Positions 21,287 to 31,829 of a stretch of DNA of 64,000 bases are shown piece by piece. The notes beneath the pieces were generated by a model. It ran no database searches. It was not told the DNA's origin and worked only from the letters and a program-made list of their open reading frames with translations. This DNA is from an uncultured delta proteobacterium (GTDB taxonomy: Bacteria > Desulfobacterota > Binatia > UBA9968). The translations under genes and the position numbers were made by a program. The DNA lies in assembly GCA_963727625.1 (NCBI GenBank), contig CAVSHR010000004.1, positions 1,312,001-1,376,000 of the forward strand. Reading direction: 5' to 3'. Position 1 is the first letter of the stretch. Each line of letters opens with the position of its first letter.

Positions 21287-21398
21287 CGTTCAAGCAGTTC
21301 AAAACGTTCAAGTCGTTCAGGTCGTCAGTTCCACCCAAAAGAACCGCCCAGCCGATTTGAACGATCTGAACGGAGCGCAGCGGTTGACCGGCTTGAAC
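21287..21398. repeat. Intergenic inverted cluster of short GTTCAA / TTGAAC repeats
   Basis: CGTTCAAGCAGTTCAAAACGTTCAAGTCGTTCAG followed by TTGAACGATCTGAACG...TTGACCGGCTTGAAC. Confidence 0.55.
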
Positions 21399-21413
21399 CC
21401 GAGCATTTAAAGA

Positions 21414-22208
21414 ATGTACAGCACGGCCAACGGTGTAAGGATCTACTATGAAGTTTCCGGCGAAGGCATGCCCTTCGTTATGGTCCATGCCAATCCCTTC
21501 GACCATAATCTTTGGATGTACCAGATCACCCGCTTCTCGACCTACTTCAAAGTGATCGCCGTCGATATCCGTGGCTACGGCCGCTCCGACAAACCCGAGA
21601 CCCCGTTTACTCTCAAGGACATGACCGACGATGTGTTGGGCGTTTGCCGCGCCGAAGGGGTGCGGGAGGCGATTCTCGGCGGCGTCAGCGTCGGCTCGGG
21701 AATGGCGATTCTACTTGGTTTGGATCACCCCGAAATATTCAAGGCAATTATCCTGGTCGGCGGCAGCAGCGGACCGGGCGGGTCCATCGACGAGCGCATC
21801 CACGGATACACCCGGATCGGCATCAAAAAATATCACATTCAACATCTGCGCGAATTGGTCGCACCTGGCTTTCCCGAAACTAAGTTGGGCGAGTATCTGC
21901 TCAACATGTTCGTTGAAAAAGATCCCTGGCTCTCCGGCGAATCCATCGGCCAGATTTTTCGCGCCCGCGGCGGTCTCGACATGACGCCGCGGCTCCACAC
22001 GATGAAAGTGCCGACGCTGGTGATCAACGGCGAGTACGACAACTCTCTGGCCGGCGGCAAAAAAACCGCATCGCTGATTCCCGGCGCAGTGCATAAAATT
22101 CTGCCCAAGACCGGCCATGCCTGCAACATCGAAGATCCCGCTGGCTTCGACCAATTCGTCATCGAGTTTTTGCAGTTTCATGGGTTGATGCCGTTGCGTC
22201 CAAGCTAA
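21414..22208 (+). CDS. Alpha/beta hydrolase
   Basis: DIRGYGRS, GVSVG elbow, PTLVINGEYD, GHACNIE. Confidence 0.85.
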   Translation: MYSTANGVRIYYEVSGEGMPFVMVHANPFDHNLWMYQITRFSTYFKVIAVDIRGYGRSDKPETPFTLKDMTDDVLGVCRAEGVREAILGGVSVGSGMAILLGLDHPEIFKAIILVGGSSGPGGSIDERIHGYTRIGIKKYHIQHLRELVAPGFPETKLGEYLLNMFVEKDPWLSGESIGQIFRARGGLDMTPRLHTMKVPTLVINGEYDNSLAGGKKTASLIPGAVHKILPKTGHACNIEDPAGFDQFVIEFLQFHGLMPLRPS

Positions 22209-22264
22209 AAATTTCCAGTGCAGATGTCCGGCGCTTCACTGCTTGTCCAAGCCACACCGAATAC

Positions 22265-22349
22265 GAGATTCCTCGTCGCTTTGCTCCATCGGAATGACAG
22301 CAGATGGCGGCGAGGCATATTTGTCATTTCGAGCCTAGGGAGAAATCTT
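22265..22349. repeat. Inverted pair of REP-like palindromes
   Basis: GAGATTCCTCGTCGCTTTGCTCCATCGGAATGACA ... TGTCATTTCGAGCCTAGGGAGAAATCT. Confidence 0.55.
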
Positions 22350-22426
22350 TCTCCGTCCTTGATGTACACAACCTGCATGGACATGTTATAGGAATTGCCA
22401 TTCAAACTGACGGAGAGGAAACCTCC

Positions 22427-22981
22427 ATGAACGTTAATATCGCAAAGCTAAAAAGCATGGCGCCTCCCAAAGGCATGGAATTCCACATTGCCAAGGTCGG
22501 CCATGTCGTCCTGCAGGTGACCGATCTCGAACGCTCGACGGAATCCTACACGAAGGTTTTAGGTTTCAAGGTTTCGGACGTCTACCCCGAAGACATGATG
22601 CCCGGCGGCATGGTGTTTCTACGCTGCAACACCGATCATCACTGCCTTGCGCTGGTCGGCCAGGGCGACGGCAGCAGCAACCATCGCGAGCTACACCATC
22701 TTGCCTTCGAAGTACCGACGCTGGGCGAAGTGCTGCGCGCGCGCGATCGCTTGCGCGAATATAACGCCAAAATCGACTTCGAAGGCCGCAGACGCGCCGG
22801 TTGCCAGATCGCCGTGGAGTTTCGCGACCCTGATAATCATTCGTTGGAAATCTACTGGGGCGTCGATCAGGTCGGCAGCGACGGGCGCGTCCGGCCTCCC
22901 AACGAATGGCACGGCGTGCGATCCCTGGATGAAGCGATCGCCAATCCCGTGTCGGGACAGGACACGCACCTGTCCCGATGA
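22427..22981 (+). CDS. VOC (glyoxalase/extradiol dioxygenase) family protein
   Basis: VGHVVL, DHHCLAL, LHHLAFEV, FRDPD...EIY; RBS GAGGA. Confidence 0.85.
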   Translation: MNVNIAKLKSMAPPKGMEFHIAKVGHVVLQVTDLERSTESYTKVLGFKVSDVYPEDMMPGGMVFLRCNTDHHCLALVGQGDGSSNHRELHHLAFEVPTLGEVLRARDRLREYNAKIDFEGRRRAGCQIAVEFRDPDNHSLEIYWGVDQVGSDGRVRPPNEWHGVRSLDEAIANPVSGQDTHLSR

Positions 22982-23940
22982 ATGCTGCGCCGGACTCTCT
23001 CGAAGATTTGATCCGCGCTTCATCCCACGCGCTGGTTGTTGGCGTGGGCGGTGGCGGCGACGTGGCGGGCGCCTTGGCGACAGCGAGATTCCTGCAATTT
23101 CTCGGCCTGAATTTCACCCTTGGCGGGCTCTCTTGGGAACGCATCGTGTACGACCCTGTTCCGGGACCGCGCAAGCTGAGTGAAGTCAGAAACGTCCGTG
23201 TCATCCATCCGTTTGCGTGGATGGCCAATCCGATGAGTCGAACCGAGACCGGGGTAGCATTTGCCGAATCGCGAATGGCCGCAGTCATCGGCGAGGAAGT
23301 GTTATTAATCGACATCAACGGCGGCGTGCAAGGTGTCGTCGACGCTTTAAAAACGTCTATGATGCATCTCGATGCCGACTTCCTCGTTGGCATCGACGTC
23401 GGCGGCGATTCCCTTGCCCAAGGCCATGAGCCGGGGCTGCGCAGCCCGCTGGCGGACTCAATCATGCTCGCGGCGTTTGCAGAACTGGAAGAGCGCGGCC
23501 AGCGCGCGCTCTGGGGCGTGTTCGGCTACGGCAGCGATGGCGAATTAACCGTCGATGAGATCGAAGCCGCGCTGAGCAGGCTGGGCTCTGTCGGCGCTCT
23601 GCTCGGCGGCTGGTCGCTGACTCCGCAGATCGCCGCGGAACTGGAACAGGTCGTCAGAACGGTGCCGACGGAAGCGAGCGCCGTGCCGCTCGAATGTTTC
23701 CGCGGCGCCTCCGGTACGAGAGCGATTCGCGACGGCGGGCGCAATCTCAAACTCACGCCCTTGGCCGCCCTGACTTTTGTTATGTCGCCATTTAAACTAT
23801 ATGAAACCCTGTCGCGGCCCGCGCAAGCTCTGCGCCGCAGCGCTTCCTTGGACGAAGCCAACGATGCACTGCATGCTATCGATATCCGCACCGAGCTCGA
23901 CTTCGAGCGAGATCAGTACAACTCTGCGAGGCCCCGGTGA
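22978..23940 (+). CDS. DUF1152 family protein
   Basis: GVGGGGDV, IDVGGDSLA...LRSPLADS, GYGSDGE. Confidence 0.75.
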   Translation: MNAAPDSLEDLIRASSHALVVGVGGGGDVAGALATARFLQFLGLNFTLGGLSWERIVYDPVPGPRKLSEVRNVRVIHPFAWMANPMSRTETGVAFAESRMAAVIGEEVLLIDINGGVQGVVDALKTSMMHLDADFLVGIDVGGDSLAQGHEPGLRSPLADSIMLAAFAELEERGQRALWGVFGYGSDGELTVDEIEAALSRLGSVGALLGGWSLTPQIAAELEQVVRTVPTEASAVPLECFRGASGTRAIRDGGRNLKLTPLAALTFVMSPFKLYETLSRPAQALRRSASLDEANDALHAIDIRTELDFERDQYNSARPR

Positions 23941-25193
23941 TTCGAAAATTCTTCGGCGATCCCAACCGCGATGCCGTGATTCTAATGACCTCGCGCGGCG
24001 TGCGCGCTTTCGCGTTCTCCTACCTGAGCGTCATCTTTGCCATTTACTTGAACCAGCTCGGCTATTCTACCGTGACCGTAGGTTTGGTCATTTCCATCGC
24101 CTACGCCAGCGGTGCCTTTCTCACCGCGGTGTGGGGCTACCTCTCGGACCGCTACGGCCGCAAGAATATTCTCATGCTGCTCGCCGCCCTGACGATCGTG
24201 TCGAACGTTATCTACATTTTCTTCAGTCACTTGATCTTCATCATCTCCGCCGTGGTGATCGCCAACGTCGGCGCCGGCGGTTCCGGGGCGGGCGGCCAGG
24301 GCGGCGGACCGATGAGCCCGGTGGAGCAGGCGCTGCTCGCGGAAAAATGCACACCGGCGAATCGCAACAAAGTTTTCGCCACCAACTCCTTCGTCGGCTC
24401 GATGATGGGAGCGCTCGGCGCCTTGGTCAGCGGCTTGCCCCAGTATCTGCAAGAGAGCTGGGGCTGGCAGGCGATACCGTCCTACAAGCCATTATTTTTT
24501 CTCACCATCCTTTTCAGCCTGGTTTTGATCTTCGCTTACTCGCGAATCGACGAGCATCACGTGGCGAAGAAACAAGAGAAAAAGAAGCTCGTGACCAAGA
24601 CCAATGCCTTCGTGATCAAAATGTCGCTGCTCGGCATGGTCGATAATTTCGGCGCGGGCCTCGTCAGCCCGCTGATCTCCTACTGGTTTTTTCTCCGTTA
24701 CGGTGTCGAACTCAAATCCTTGGGTTTCATGTTTTTTCTCTCCTACATACTCGCCGCTCTGTCGTTTCTCACCGCGCCGGTCGTCGCGCGCCGTATCGGC
24801 GTTGTACCGACCATGGCGTTTTCACACGGCGCGGCATCGCTGATCTGGATCAGCCTCCCGTTCGCGCCGACCTTCGCTATGGCCGCGACGATGACCATCG
24901 CGCGCTCCTACCTAGCGTACATGGACAACCCGCTGCGCAGCTCTTTTATCATGGGCGTAGTGCGACCCGAGGATCGCGGCTCGGCAGCAGGGTTATTGAC
25001 GCTCTCGCGCCAAGTTCCCGTCGCGATTAGCCCGACGATCGCGGCCTATATGATGCAAGCTTTCAGTTTGAACGTGCCGATCTTTATTGGCGGATTCTTG
25101 CAACTGTTCCACGACTGCCTTTTTTACCGGCTGTTCCGCAACGTCAAACCGCCCGAAGAACAAGCCGCAACCTCGAAAGCCGAGACAGCTTGA
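23937..25193 (+). CDS. MFS transporter
   Basis: GYLSDRYGRK motif A; many TM segments. Confidence 0.9.
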   Translation: MIRKFFGDPNRDAVILMTSRGVRAFAFSYLSVIFAIYLNQLGYSTVTVGLVISIAYASGAFLTAVWGYLSDRYGRKNILMLLAALTIVSNVIYIFFSHLIFIISAVVIANVGAGGSGAGGQGGGPMSPVEQALLAEKCTPANRNKVFATNSFVGSMMGALGALVSGLPQYLQESWGWQAIPSYKPLFFLTILFSLVLIFAYSRIDEHHVAKKQEKKKLVTKTNAFVIKMSLLGMVDNFGAGLVSPLISYWFFLRYGVELKSLGFMFFLSYILAALSFLTAPVVARRIGVVPTMAFSHGAASLIWISLPFAPTFAMAATMTIARSYLAYMDNPLRSSFIMGVVRPEDRGSAAGLLTLSRQVPVAISPTIAAYMMQAFSLNVPIFIGGFLQLFHDCLFYRLFRNVKPPEEQAATSKAETA

Positions 25194-25507
25194 TTATGAA
25201 TACACTATCCGCTCTTTCTTCGCTTACGTGGGACAATCCCCCGCTCGCGTCGTTTACCATGGCTATGGTCAAGTCCAGCGAGCGCGGCTCGGCCGCCGGC
25301 GTCACAAACATTGCGCGCATCGTGCCGTCCAGCATCAAACTGACCATTTCCACCTATCTCACGCAAACCTTATGGTTGACGCTTCCCTTGTTCATCGGCG
25401 GCGGCTTACAATTGATCGCGAGATGGCTTTCTTTTCCAGGTTTCGCCATATCAGGCCGCCGGAAGAACTGGCAACACTTCAAAGTAGAGCGACGGTCGAG
25501 GAATTGA
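25190..25507 (+). pseudogene. C-terminal fragment of a paralogous MFS transporter
   Basis: WDNPPLASFTMAMVKSSERGSAAG...PLFIGGGLQL aligns with the upstream MDNPLRSSFIMGVVRPEDRGSAAG...PIFIGGFLQL. Confidence 0.7.
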
Positions 25508-25511
25508 GCAG

Positions 25512-25913
25512 ATGAAGCGACCCAGGCACCCAACCGGCGCGGTATCTTTCCTGCACAGGATCGCGGAGCAGCGGATTCTTGAAGCGCAGCGAAACGGCGC
25601 CTTCGACAATCTTTCTAGCAAGGGCAAGCCGCTCGACTTGGAAGACTTAAGTTGGGTGCCGGAGGATCTGCGCATCGGCTACCACGTGCTCAAAAACGCC
25701 CATGTGTTACCACCCGAAGTCGAGCTACTCAAAGACATTCACAGGTTGGAAGACTTGCTCAAGCATGTCGAGGACGAAGGCGAACGCCGAGCCTTGGCCA
25801 AGAGCATCCAGTGGAAAATGATCCGCTTTGACATGCTCAAACGGCGCTCGCTGGATATGAACTCCCTGCGCCACTACGGCCGCAAGCTCGTCGCAAGATT
25901 TCAGTATAAGTAA
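25512..25913 (+). CDS. DUF1992 domain protein
   Basis: IAEQRILEAQRNGAFDNL...GKPL...LKNAHVLPPE. Confidence 0.8.
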   Translation: MKRPRHPTGAVSFLHRIAEQRILEAQRNGAFDNLSSKGKPLDLEDLSWVPEDLRIGYHVLKNAHVLPPEVELLKDIHRLEDLLKHVEDEGERRALAKSIQWKMIRFDMLKRRSLDMNSLRHYGRKLVARFQYK

Positions 25914-26031
25914 CTCAATCGCTGACTTGGCGATGACTTTGCGCTTTGCCTTTGGGCCCGCTTCTGTGGTACAAATTTGCTACTTTAACACGGCATACAA
26001 ATCGCGGCGAACCCACAGAAAGGAGCTTTTC

Positions 26032-26541
26032 ATGGCGGCAGAAAGTTCTCCCATCAAAATCAAAAAAATCGGTCACGTGGTTTTGAGCGTTAGCGACGTC
26101 GAGCGCAGCACAAAATTCTGGACCGATATTATGGGTTTTAAATTCTCCGACAAAAACGAGGGTGGCATGATGTTCTTTCGCAACGCCACCGATCACCACA
26201 CGGTTGCTTTGGTTCAGGCGACGGAGAAAAACGAATTGCCTAAGCGCGGCCAGGTGGGTTTTGATCACATGGCCCTGGAAGTGGCCACGGTCTCGGAGCT
26301 TTTCAAGATCCGCGACTTTCTCAAATCGAAAGGCGTGACGATTTTCTACGAAGGACGGCGCGGCCCGGGCGGAAACCCCGGTATTGAGTTCTACGATCCC
26401 GACGGTTATAAAATCGAAATCTATTCCGCCATGGACCAGATCGGCACCGACGGCCGCAGCCGGCCGGCAAACGAATGGAAACGGGCCACGACTCTAGAAG
26501 AAGCGGTGTCGAATCCGCTGCCCGGCACGGAATATCATTAA
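26032..26541 (+). CDS. VOC family protein
   Basis: IGHVVL, DHHTVAL, DHMALEV, FYDPDGYKIEIY; RBS AAGGAG. Confidence 0.85.
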   Translation: MAAESSPIKIKKIGHVVLSVSDVERSTKFWTDIMGFKFSDKNEGGMMFFRNATDHHTVALVQATEKNELPKRGQVGFDHMALEVATVSELFKIRDFLKSKGVTIFYEGRRGPGGNPGIEFYDPDGYKIEIYSAMDQIGTDGRSRPANEWKRATTLEEAVSNPLPGTEYH

Positions 26542-26572
26542 GGCCGGGATTTATCCGCTAGAGGAGTCGAAT

Positions 26573-26607
26573 AAAAGAGGGGCGGGTTCGAAACCCGCCC
26601 CTCTTTT
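26573..26607. terminator. Bidirectional intrinsic terminator
   Basis: AAAAGAGGGGCGGGTT-CGA-AACCCGCCCCTCTTTT between convergent genes. Confidence 0.85.
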
Positions 26608-26629
26608 TATGCCCAATGGAAACTCGCCG

Positions 26630-27757
26630 CTAACTCGCTTCGCCGCGAAGAATCTTTTCAAGCTGCTTCTGAGTTGCCTTGTAGTTTTTATTCTTGTTGA
26701 GCCACTGCGGCGAGCTGATGACGACCTTCGCACCCTTTGCCTTCGCCGCGTCAAGCTTCTTCTTCTGGTGCGATTCCGGGTATAAGTGAAAGTCAAGCCC
26801 GTCGATATCCCACATCATCTTCTGACCTTCGACCGTCTGCAGATAGGCAATAAACAAAGCCGCGGCATTCGGCGCCCGGGAGTTTTTTGGGATGCCGGCA
26901 TAGCGAGTATGCGAGATCGTGGCGTCTTCCATGATTGCATAGCCAAGCGGAATATTCTGCCGCTGGGCCATGTTCACCTCCTGATCGCCGCAAGCCAGTC
27001 CAAGCATGAGGAACTCACCGCTGGTGATGCGGTCCATCTCGCCGCAGCGAATCAAACCGCCGATATGTTTGGAATATTTTTTGACGAAGGCGATGACTTT
27101 CTCCTTGCCTAGAAGCTCCGGCATGGCAAATTCTCTGAATCCGGCGGCGTACGGGGTCGAGGCGATTTTGCCTTTCCACTTGGGGTTCATCAGATCTTCG
27201 AGTTTTTGCGGAATATCTTTCCCCTTCACCAAATTACTGTTGTAAATGACTCCAACCAAAGTTGAAGCCATCGCGATACCAATGCCACCGGGGACGATCG
27301 GATCGAAACCGGCTTCCTTTTGCATCGGCCGTTCCAGCAGCGAATACCAATCCATCGATTTGAGCGATTTGGCATCCATGGCCTGCAGCATCGATTGCGG
27401 ATTGCCGAAGTACACGTCGCTGCTCGCCGGTTGACCGGCGGCCAATTCGCGCGTGATTTTACCCATCATCCCCTGCATGTTGGCACCCGGTGTAAAAGAC
27501 GGCTTGAGGTTGAGGCCGTATTTTTTGTTCATCGCGGCGACAATCTTCTGCAGCCCAGGACCGCCGTCGAGCGTATCGGCGCCCCACTGCGCCCGTAGGG
27601 TGGTTTCCTTCTGCGCGCCTTTGATCAGTTCTGCGATGGCGGCTCCTTTGCCTCCCTCGGCCGCCGGCGCAGCGCTAACCCCGATAACGAAAATCAAACC
27701 GGCGGTGAAAGCTGCCGCGGTTAATATTGCGCCGAATTTGCGTCTATAAAGCATCAT
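26630..27757 (-). CDS. ABC transporter substrate-binding protein (Fe3+/AfuA-like)
   Basis: Signal peptide, YNSNLV, DLMNPKWKGKI, PNAAALFIAYL..EGQ. Confidence 0.8.
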   Translation of the reverse strand: MMLYRRKFGAILTAAAFTAGLIFVIGVSAAPAAEGGKGAAIAELIKGAQKETTLRAQWGADTLDGGPGLQKIVAAMNKKYGLNLKPSFTPGANMQGMMGKITRELAAGQPASSDVYFGNPQSMLQAMDAKSLKSMDWYSLLERPMQKEAGFDPIVPGGIGIAMASTLVGVIYNSNLVKGKDIPQKLEDLMNPKWKGKIASTPYAAGFREFAMPELLGKEKVIAFVKKYSKHIGGLIRCGEMDRITSGEFLMLGLACGDQEVNMAQRQNIPLGYAIMEDATISHTRYAGIPKNSRAPNAAALFIAYLQTVEGQKMMWDIDGLDFHLYPESHQKKKLDAAKAKGAKVVISSPQWLNKNKNYKATQKQLEKILRGEAS

Positions 27758-27839
27758 TTGCCCTCCCTTTCTTTTTTGCCCATTCGCAATACTCAGTTCG
27801 TCCGTTTCCACTCAAAAGCGAATCGTTTACAGCCTAACT

Positions 27840-29585
27840 CTATGACTGCGGCATCAGTTGGCGCCGCCCGAACCACCAAAAGATCAAGATCAGCGGCGTG
27901 AGCACGGCCGTCATCAGCAATGTCACAGCAGCCGCTTGATTGATCGCTCCGGAGAACCAATAGCTCCAGATGACAGCAGGCAAAGTGATGCTCTCCTGGC
28001 TGATGAGAAACACCGCGACCGTGAGCTCGCGATACACGAGGATCGCTGACCAGATCCAGACCGACATTAGCGTCGGCCGCAGTAAAGGCACGAGAATCCG
28101 CCAGGAAGTCCGCACCGGCGATAAACCCGAGGTGTAAGCCGCCTCTTCAAGTTCCTTGTGGATTTGCAAAAGCGAGCTGTTGAGCGCGCGGGTGGCGAAT
28201 GCCAGTCGAGCGATTACATACACGATGGCGATCAGCCACACCGAGCCGTAGAGCGGAATAAATTTCGGCAGCACAAAAAGCGCCAGCAACAACGCTCCGA
28301 TGGCCATGATCACTTCCGGCAGCGCATGGGGCAGAAACGCGCCAAATTCGAGCAAGTAGCGCAGGCGGCTGCGCGAGCGCACGATCAGCCAGGAAATGCT
28401 GAAAGAAACGACCAAAGTGATCACCGGTACGGTAATCACTAGCAACGCGGTGTTGTAAAAGCCGCGCCAGAACAGATCCCAGTTTAGATTGTAAAAACCG
28501 GCGAGGGACATCTTGCCCAGCATTTCATAGGACGGCGGTGCTAGATAAGGCGTGAACGCAGCATAGGCGATCAGCAACAGCGGAATTAACTTGGTGGCCA
28601 GAAAATACAGCGCGATAAAGATCCAGGCGGCGATTGACCAGCGGCCGAGGTCAATGAGCGCGGGGCGGTAGCCCTTCCCCGTGACCACTTCGTAGCGATG
28701 CCCCTGGCGCAATACCTGGCTGTACCACCAGGTGAGCACCAGCGCCAAAAGAATCATTACCGTGCCCAAGGCGGCGGTAACGCCATGCTGCGGCAGGCCG
28801 CTATCCGGCGGATTGGCCTTCAGATAAACGTAGGTGCTGAGCATGTAAATACGGTTGCCCAAGCCGATGATCGCCGGCACGTCGAAGGTCGCGATGCCGA
28901 TGGTCAGCATGTAGATGAACGCCGCGAGAATGGCCGGGAACGCCAGCGGCAAAGTGACCCGGCGCAGAGTACCAATGAAGCTCAAGCCGTGAATCTTCGC
29001 CGCCTCTTCAAGGGAAGGATTCATGGCGCGAAACATCTGCGCGGTTAAGATGAAAGCGAGCGCCGTTAGGTTTAGCCCCTGCACGAAGCCCATGCCCACC
29101 GGAGTGGCGATATTGATCGGTCCGCTCTCGAATCCGAAAGCATCCATGAGCCAGCGATTCAAAAAACCGATGCGCACATGTGCGATGAAAGTCCAGCCCA
29201 TCGCCGTATAAATTCCCGGGATCAATAGCCCCAGGGTCATGATCGTATAGACCAGTCCCTTGCCCGGCAGGGTGCTCCGTTCGGCCAACCAGGCGATTGG
29301 CAGTCCGATTGCCAGCGCGGTAAAAGTCGTCGACAGAGTAAAGATCACGGTGTTCCAGACGACTGTGAGCACGAACGGATCGCCGAGGATTTCCATGTAG
29401 TTATTTAACGTGTAGGTCGCGTGCGCGGTGCCAACGATGCCGGTTTGAAAGCTGATCCACACCAAGGCAGCGACCAAAACGAGGATCACCAACATGGGCA
29501 CCATGGCAAGCGCCAGTAACAGTGGCGAAGTGCGCAAGCGGATCGCGAAGGAACGAGGCATTCTCAGAACGGCTTCCATAGGCAA
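27840..29585 (-). CDS. ABC transporter permease (FbpB-like, fused double domain)
   Basis: Two EAA loops (LEEAAKIHG, LEEAAYTSG). Confidence 0.9.
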   Translation of the reverse strand: MPMEAVLRMPRSFAIRLRTSPLLLALAMVPMLVILVLVAALVWISFQTGIVGTAHATYTLNNYMEILGDPFVLTVVWNTVIFTLSTTFTALAIGLPIAWLAERSTLPGKGLVYTIMTLGLLIPGIYTAMGWTFIAHVRIGFLNRWLMDAFGFESGPINIATPVGMGFVQGLNLTALAFILTAQMFRAMNPSLEEAAKIHGLSFIGTLRRVTLPLAFPAILAAFIYMLTIGIATFDVPAIIGLGNRIYMLSTYVYLKANPPDSGLPQHGVTAALGTVMILLALVLTWWYSQVLRQGHRYEVVTGKGYRPALIDLGRWSIAAWIFIALYFLATKLIPLLLIAYAAFTPYLAPPSYEMLGKMSLAGFYNLNWDLFWRGFYNTALLVITVPVITLVVSFSISWLIVRSRSRLRYLLEFGAFLPHALPEVIMAIGALLLALFVLPKFIPLYGSVWLIAIVYVIARLAFATRALNSSLLQIHKELEEAAYTSGLSPVRTSWRILVPLLRPTLMSVWIWSAILVYRELTVAVFLISQESITLPAVIWSYWFSGAINQAAAVTLLMTAVLTPLILIFWWFGRRQLMPQS

Positions 29586-29685
29586 CCTTTCAGACTTCCC
29601 AACCCCAAGCTAAGCGCCTTTCGATTAGTCTTAAGTCGATCATTCTTCGATTCATTGTTCCCGAGGACCGGAGCATGGCCGTGCC

Positions 29686-30810
29686 TTACCCGGTGGCCTG
29701 TATTTTTGGCTGTACCGACAGTAGTTGATTAGTAACCTCGGAGCGCGGAAACACCATCAGATCCGCAGGTCGGACGATCAACTGGAGCTGGCGGTCGCCG
29801 CGCGTCGGCAGGATGCGGCTTTTGCCGACGAGCACCTGATCTTGGATAACCGCCTCGTAAACAAATTGATCGCCGAGAAAAGTGCTGGAGCGGAGCGTCG
29901 CGGCAATACAGTTTTGCCCCGCGACGCTGGCGTGGTCGGCGATCTCCAAACATTCAGGTCTAAAGCCCACCAGCACTTCGGCGCCGAGCTCGCCCCGGAC
30001 GCAGACTTCGAAACCACCGATCCCAGTCTCAACGAAGTTGGCGGCGACACGCTTGCCGGAGAGCCAATTGACCGCCCCGAAAAAGTCAGCGACCTCCGGA
30101 CAGTTGGGTTCACGGTACAGCTCCATCGATTCACCGTACTGCAACAATCTGCCCAAGCTCATCACGGCAATCTTGTCAGCCATCGCCATGGCCTCGACCT
30201 GGTCGTGGGTGACATAGAGGACCGTCGCGCCCAATTGTTTGGCGAGCTCGCGGATCTTGCCACGCACTTCTTCCCGCAGACGAGCGTCGAGATTGCTGAG
30301 CGGCTCATCCATCAGCAGCACTCGGGGATTGACCGCGATCGCTCGCGCCAGTGCCACCCGCTGTTGTTGACCGCCGCTCAGGAGCGTAGAGGAGCGATCC
30401 TTTTGCTCGTCGAGCTGCACCATGCGGAGCGCTTCCTGCACCCGTTGATTGACTTCGCGGCGGGGAATTTTTTGCGCGCCTTCGCGCAGCGGCAAGGCAA
30501 CGTTCTCAAACACCGTCAGATGGGGCCAAACTGCATAGGATTGAAAGACCATGCCGAACCTGCGTTCCTGAGGTGAGACCCAAGTGGGCGGAGCGTCACA
30601 AAATACTGTTTTCCCGGCAATGCGGATTTCGCCCTTGTCCGGCGACTCCAGCCCGGCAACGCAGCGCAGCAGAGTCGTCTTGCCTGAGCCGCTGGCACCG
30701 ACGATGACAAAAAAGTCGCCTTCTGAAACTTCTAAATCGAGGCTCTTGAGAGCCGCGACTGTTCCATTGGTAACAATAAATTCTTTGCAGAGCTTGCGGA
30801 TGGAGATCAT
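29686..30810 (-). CDS. ABC transporter ATP-binding protein with TOBE domain
   Basis: GASGSGKT, LSGGQQQR, LLMDEP. Confidence 0.95.
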   Translation of the reverse strand: MISIRKLCKEFIVTNGTVAALKSLDLEVSEGDFFVIVGASGSGKTTLLRCVAGLESPDKGEIRIAGKTVFCDAPPTWVSPQERRFGMVFQSYAVWPHLTVFENVALPLREGAQKIPRREVNQRVQEALRMVQLDEQKDRSSTLLSGGQQQRVALARAIAVNPRVLLMDEPLSNLDARLREEVRGKIRELAKQLGATVLYVTHDQVEAMAMADKIAVMSLGRLLQYGESMELYREPNCPEVADFFGAVNWLSGKRVAANFVETGIGGFEVCVRGELGAEVLVGFRPECLEIADHASVAGQNCIAATLRSSTFLGDQFVYEAVIQDQVLVGKSRILPTRGDRQLQLIVRPADLMVFPRSEVTNQLLSVQPKIQATG

Positions 30811-31180
30811 CTCGGCCTACCCCGCTTACCTAAAGACAAGCAAATTATTCGATTCGCTGGAAATTCAAACGGCCCTTTCACACTCCGGCCATAAACTATC
30901 CGAACCAAAGCATAACTACCCATTCACGGAACTTGAGTCAAACGAATTCGCGGGCTTGGGCAACCACCGCAATCCGACCGGCGCCGACGTTTTTTATGCT
31001 CGTGAGGTCGGATCGTTTTGATCCATCGGCCACTTTCCGGCGACTGGAGCAAAAAAGCCGTTCCTGATATAGAGAGATCACTTAAATTTGTTTCAGTCAG
31101 CTCGCCGCGTTTTGATGCACCCGGAAGTCGTCTTAATCGAGCGCTTTGATGAGCTACAAAATCGGCAAGAAAGGACTTCA

Positions 31181-31828
31181 ATGGAAACCGAGCAGCTGTT
31201 AGACGTCATCCGCAGACGAAGAAGCGTGCGGGTTTATAAAAAAGGCAAAGTCAGCGACGAGCAATTGCAGATCATATTAGAAGCGGCGCGTTGGGCCCCT
31301 TCCGGGGCGAACACTCAGCCCTGGGAATTTGTCCTGACGCGCGATCAGGCAAAGATGAAGAAAGTGCGTGAAATCTACGCCAGAGAATGGAAACAACGCA
31401 AGCTTGAAGACCCCGTGCACTATAAAGGATTAAAAAAAGACTACGTTGGCGACGTCAGCGCACTCGTGCTGGTGTGCGGCGACGCCCGGACCAAACAGGT
31501 CTATCTAACGACGCGCCAGCCGGCGGACCGCGAAAAACTTTTTCAAGCGAGCGTCGCCAATGCGGTGGAGCAAATGATGCTCGCCGCGGCGAGTATGAGG
31601 TTGGGCACGGTTTGGGTGTCGGTTCGACAGGAAGTAGAGCCTGACTTAAGAGAGCTGTTCAAAGTGCCCAACGAGCTCCGGCTTCTATGGGTGATGCCGA
31701 TCGGCCATGCGAGCAGTTGGCCGAAAGCCAAGCCGAGACGCAGTGTCGCCGCTTTCACCCATTGGGAGAGCTACGATTCCACAAAACTTCGGCCCGCCTC
31801 CGAGATTCACGCCTGGCCCAAAAATTGA
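31181..31828 (+). CDS. Nitroreductase family protein
   Basis: RRRRSVR, ARWAPSGANTQPW. Confidence 0.9.
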   Translation: METEQLLDVIRRRRSVRVYKKGKVSDEQLQIILEAARWAPSGANTQPWEFVLTRDQAKMKKVREIYAREWKQRKLEDPVHYKGLKKDYVGDVSALVLVCGDARTKQVYLTTRQPADREKLFQASVANAVEQMMLAAASMRLGTVWVSVRQEVEPDLRELFKVPNELRLLWVMPIGHASSWPKAKPRRSVAAFTHWESYDSTKLRPASEIHAWPKN

Positions 31829-31829
31829 G

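Noticed and set aside
21287-21398. CRISPR array
   Set aside because: Repeats are 6-9 bp, degenerate and inverted, with no spacers; no cas genes anywhere in the window.
25967-25980. Sigma54 promoter TGGTACAAATTTGC
   Set aside because: GG-to-GC spacing is 9 rather than 10.
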